This document shows, piece after piece, positions 59,201 through 64,000 of a stretch of DNA of 64,000 nucleotides. The stretch is from Takakia lepidozioides. Taxonomy: Eukaryota; Plantae; Bryophyta. Position 1 is the stretch's first letter; each line of letters begins with the position of its first letter. A program made the translations under genes and the position numbers. The notes under the pieces are model-generated. The model was given only the letters and a program-made list of their open reading frames with translations, was not told the origin of the DNA and made no database searches. The stretch lies in NCBI GenBank assembly GCA_030704615.1, contig CM060731.1, positions 78,988,001-79,052,000 of the forward strand, given 5' to 3'.

Positions 59201-61894
59201 TTGGGCAGTCTGCCCACATGTGTCGTGGGGAATATGTTGTTCGACATTCTTGTGGCCAGTCTGCTGGACAGTCTCCCGAACTCCTTGTAAATCCTGGACA
59301 AGGTCCCTTGCACCTCTGGCAAAAGAGTCGAAAGCAGCTTGCACTTGCTTGTCTCCCAGATCAACTCACCCTGCAACACATGTTTATGCAAATGTGAACT
59401 TGTAAAAAAGTTGGCAAAAGAAATTGAGCTGAAACACGAAAGTTGCCCATAACATTTTACCTTCCAAGAGATTTCCGACGAGGCCAATGTCCTTGATTTG
59501 CCGGCACATGCATGCTCCATCGAGATAAGCAATGGCGCCGATGCGGTCTTCAGTTGGGATCCCACACCACATGACTTTGAAGACATTGGGATTCTGCAAA
59601 ACAATGTCGAATACTGCTCGCTCCATCACCAATGCAAACCAGTGCAATGCGTCATCCACCACAAACTTCTGTGAATGGTCTGTTCCATGGAGTAAGTCCA
59701 TCCTCAAACTATGCAAATCCTTCATCAACTTGTTGTATGAGCGGAAATTGCCAAATTGCATCCATCTGTGTTGTAGGAAGGAAGCTGCCATGCACTCAAA
59801 GTCCTCCTCAGTCAATCCGAACAAGTGCTTTCTTCGCACCCCAAAGGTTGGATGTGCCATAGGCATATGTCTGAGGTCTTCAGGCCGTGGGTCATCCATG
59901 AGAATCAGCTGCACAAGTAGAGGCGGCGCATTTTGGTCGCTTGTGGCTTCAATGGCAACAGCAGAGGCGGCTTCTAGAACATGGTTGGCTTCCTCAATAG
60001 AAAACTCCATGGAATAATGAAAGGGTACAAATGACCACCGGCGGTCCGCAACAATCCGGTTGAGCTCATTATGCCAATCCAAATGGGGATTAATTTCTCC
60101 TATCCTAAGCCGGGGAAGTGTGAGGTCTTCAGCTCCGGGTCGAATTACCGGTGATGGCGATCGCCAAACTGCAAAAAGCGCCGTGCTATGTGAGAGAAAC
60201 GCAGTCTGCTGGTCCGCAGTCTGCTAGATGACAGGACTTCCCATTGGCATGGGCTGCATGATGGGCTCCTGGAGAGGAGTCTGCAGGATGACAGGCTGCT
60301 CGTTGGGAGTCTGCTCCGTTGGAGTCTGCTGGATGACAGGCTGCTGAACAGGAGTCTGCTGGATGACGGCCTGCTGAATGGGAGTCTGCTGGATGGCAGA
60401 CTCGGCTGTCCCAGACGCATTCCCCCCCGACGCGTCTTGAATATGTAATGTCGCTATAGCAGCAGATGACCCAGGATACTTCAATAATATGTACTCTCGC
60501 ACGCGGTCCACTTCCGCACGCACTGCAGTCGCTTGTAAAGGAGCATCATTGCTAGGTATCCGCCAATCCTGAATGGCCCTATAAATAGAAACACGTTCAT
60601 CCTGGTACACGGCAGAGAACTTCGACGTCATGAACATGGACGTGGACTCTATATTCACCTCATGCAGCGGACTGGACTCACAGACCAGCAGACTGTAACG
60701 TGCGTACGTAGGGTGGAGGCAACTAGTAGACTATACCAGTGGACTGGACCAGCGGACTGACAAACGGACTCAGTAAGTAATGCAGCGATATAAAACAGAC
60801 TAATTGACGAGCAGAGTGAGCCAGCGGACTGAGGAGAGAACGCAGCGGACTGACCAGACTGAATAGGCAACGTGACCCCGATGATGGACTCAAACAGCAC
60901 AGAGAACAGACTGGGCGGTCAGACAGACCATTACCTCCTCTACTTCATCATCGTCATCTTCATCTTCAAAGCTGTTCAACCAGTTCTGTTCCGCTTGTCG
61001 GATGAATGTGCGTAGCAGACCTGTTTGGGCAACTCTATAGAAATAACGGAAGAAGTCTGGATCCCCAATTGGTGGGCACTCTGGTGGGAAAAGCCCAAAG
61101 TCAACGAGGCGCAATGTGCCAGGGCAGACTGGCCCTTCAGTGCTCTGTTGAGTTTTTGGTTTTGACCCTAAACCGATGGCATGGGTCGCGATATTTGTGT
61201 GAGTCTGCTGCCGAGTCTGGTCAGGCAAGTCAATGTCCACTGGACTTGTCACCCCTTCCAGGCCCTGAGCAGATTCACTTTCAGTATCAGTACTGATGGT
61301 GTGGGTCTGCCGCCCAGGACGGGGTTCAGTCTGTTGCGTGGATTTTGCCCTTGCCTCGCGAGCAGACCTTGCAGCCTTCTCCTTTTTTTGCCTTTTTTTT
61401 TTTTGGGCCCCATCACTCAGTTTACGTTTTCTGGGAGCGTCCGGCGTTCCCTGCACTTGCAAATCCTCCATTGACGGGCCACCACAATGGACGCCATACC
61501 GTGCGTGCACTTCGTCTAATTCCAAAGTGCGGGGGTCAAGCACTGATCGGCGCAAGCGCATTGTGGCCTCTTTGACAATCGACATTTCTTTCAGTATCGG
61601 CCAAGGCTTGAAATCCCGTGGAATCATTGCAACAGTCTCCTTGCAACCCATGTCAACACAATGCCGATTTAGTTGGATTTTGTCCTTGATTACCTCTTCA
61701 CAGAAGGGACAGAAGAGCTTGTCCTTCTGCCAATTCGAGTTTTTGGGCTTCCGGGCGCGGAGGTCTACAAATGCTTCCACTATTTTATGATCAAACTCGT
61801 CTGGTGAGTACCAGTACCTTCGCTCCTTCTTCAGTCTGGTTTGGTGCACAAAATCCAACCAGTCCGCTCCACCCTTTTCACAAGCATCCTCCAT
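56230..61894 (-). pseudogene. Second MULE gene: multi-exon protein with C-terminal Ulp1/C48 SUMO-protease-like domain, convergent with the transposase
   Basis: ATG at 61894; Gln/Thr/Pro-rich repeats; C-terminal DFILVPIGDE|GHWSVCIID..HLNS..VPQQPFSWECDFYV gives His/(Asp->Asn)/Gln/Cys in C48 order. Confidence 0.8.
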
Positions 61895-63586
61895 CGCTGC
61901 AGAATGAAACGAAGGTGCAAGGACAATGAACGACAGAGCGACAGATATAAGTCCTATGAAAAGACTCACCCTCAGCAAGAAGAGGACACATAATGGAATG
62001 GAAACACCGCAGCAAGTGAGAACCTCACCGAGCCGATAAACTTGGAGTTGTTACGAAGGCGAGCGTGTTTGCGACGCTTCGCGGCTCAGCGCGACTCTCC
62101 ACACCTCGGGAAGAACGGTCGTCTTTTGTTACGGTGATGGAAACGCAAAGAGGAAAACAAAACAGTGCAAAACTGTGCGAAGAAACAGGCGCGAAGAGAA
62201 TGGAGAAAATAGAAGTAGAAGGGGGAAAGCGGGCATGGCACTGCCAACGTGGCGCGATTTCACAGGCGCCAACTATCCGCCGTCATCGCATTGAATACGT
62301 CCACCGAACGAACGCATCGTACTAAATTCATCCACGCTCATCGCAAGTGCAGCAAACTCATTTCCCATCGGGCCGAGAGTCCACCGGACCGCCAGTCCAG
62401 CGGACTATTCGCTTTGCTGAGGCGAAGCGGCTTCATATTGGAGGCACTTCCCTGCCAGCGGAATGAAGACAAAAGAGAGTAAGGGGAGAACAGGAAAGTC
62501 GAACACACCCATTGCGAACAGACTCGCGGCACAACAGACTGATGCATGCACAGTCCAACAGACTTATATCCATAGAGGAGAACTGTCCAGCAGACGGACG
62601 TTTCGCCAGACTGGCGGGAGAACAAGCCAAAAGACTGACCGGAGGGAAAATAAGAAGTCAAATTGACTTAGTGCAACAGACTTCCGACACAACAGACTGA
62701 CAAATTCACAAGTGCAACAGACTGATATCCCAACAGACGGACTTCCAGCAGACCGCCTCCAAACTGATTGTTATGCACGCGATAAGGGGAATATCCGGAG
62801 CACTGACGGGCCAGCGGACCCACTGTGAACAAACTCGCGACACAACGGACCTCAAACATCCACGCGCATTTGCAGATGCAATTGTCTCAGACATCTCCCG
62901 TCGTGGCTCAGACATCTACATTCAGCAGGTGCGTGTGGATGTTTGAGGACCTTACGACTGGATGGTGTTCCGTGACGACTCGAATTGCTTTTTTGTGCTG
63001 CCATCTCTTATATAATACCATGTGGATCCATCACAAAGCTGGGTTTCTTAAAATTCTCCACCCTTTTCCACAACTTATGCACGACGGATGCAAGCCGCTA
63101 TACTTGGTCACATAAACAGTCCCATCGTCCGATACGAAATCTGCAATACACGCCCCCATGTGCATACGCTTCCACCATTTTCGCGCCCATGTTATCCATG
63201 GGTTCCTTTAACGAACTAAACTTGTGAAGGCTCTCATGAGGGATGCAGTACGAAGGGGCTAAACGTATCATGACGGATCACAAGCAGAGGACGTTATCGA
63301 CGACAGATGTCCGCATTTTCCATATTTATGACATAGAACCAAACCATAAAACGAATGTTCCCGAAAGCACAACAAGAAGGCAAAAATAGTGGAAGCATAT
63401 GCATGATGGTGGTTGTAGTGCCGAGACAATCCTCTCATGTTCAAGCACACGCTTCATCATCATCATGAACATCGCGCGCAAAAGAGGAACAGTCGCGTGC
63501 ATGGAAACGCCTACCGCAACATCGGACAACAAACAGCCGTCAAAAGAGAGCGGTCGGGATTTGGTGGGAAGATCATTGCCATTTTC

Positions 63587-63933
63587 GCAGCCCTAAAAAT
63601 GGAGGGCTCGGATGGGTTATGGGAATGGACGGTGGCGATCCTGCACCGTCAGCGGACTGGCGGGCAGACTGGCGGACTGGCAGACTGCTGGGCAGCCGAC
63701 TGACCAGCAGCGGATTGGCAGACTGGAGGGCAGTGGACTCGTGGGCGGGGGACTGGCCGCGCGGCAGACGGGGGCACGCGGCGCGGTTGCTGCAGCCGCG
63801 CCCGCGGCTGGGCGACCGCGCGCAGCGGCGGGCGGGGTGGGCGGGGTGCTGGGGAGCCGGGCGTCCGTGCGCGGGGCCCACCGGCCACATCGCACGTGCC
63901 CATTGAAGACCCTATTATCTTAAAATGAGAGGC
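63587..63933 (+). mobile_element. MULE right terminal inverted repeat
   Basis: Matches 33681-34027; followed by ATTGCGATG (63934-63942), an 8/9 match to the left TSD ATTGCAATG. Confidence 0.92.
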
Positions 63934-64000
63934 ATTGCGATGCACCGACATCTTGAATAAACCTTCATGAGTTAGTATCTATGTAAAAAAGAGTCCTAAG

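Overview
Eukaryotic, intron-containing, TE-dense plant DNA. A non-seed plant (bryophyte-like) is my inference from the gene content. Host genes: the 3' end of an apparently intact PLS-class PPR-DYW RNA-editing factor (1-1146), and three spliced genes that each carry a disabling lesion: an RPS13 fragment (2992-3459), BUB3 (9509-15339, -) and a GH19 chitinase (24285-25662, -). The right 35 kb is one nested, rearranged TE complex that can be rebuilt from target-site duplications. (1) A Mutator-like element (MULE) with ~350-bp TIRs and a 9-bp TSD carries a SWIM/DDE transposase and a convergent Ulp1-protease gene. (2) A Ty3/Gypsy-like retroelement is inserted in the transposase (4-bp TSD GAGT) and encodes Gag, protease, a C5 DNA methyltransferase, integrase and a PHD finger. 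(3) Inside it lies a fragment of a spliced gene for a beta-class N4C/N6A-type methyltransferase, plus a piece of an unrelated integrase. Two inversions (~29.8-41.7 kb and ~49.1-51.0 kb) scramble the complex. The most unusual feature is that the Gypsy-like element lacks normal paired LTRs. It has split direct repeats (A1...B1-gc-A2-B2), like tyrosine-recombinase retroelements, with an internal head-to-tail CA-GC-TG end junction, yet it encodes a DDE integrase. No rRNA, tRNA or CRISPR was found. All calls were made by eye, with no database searches.
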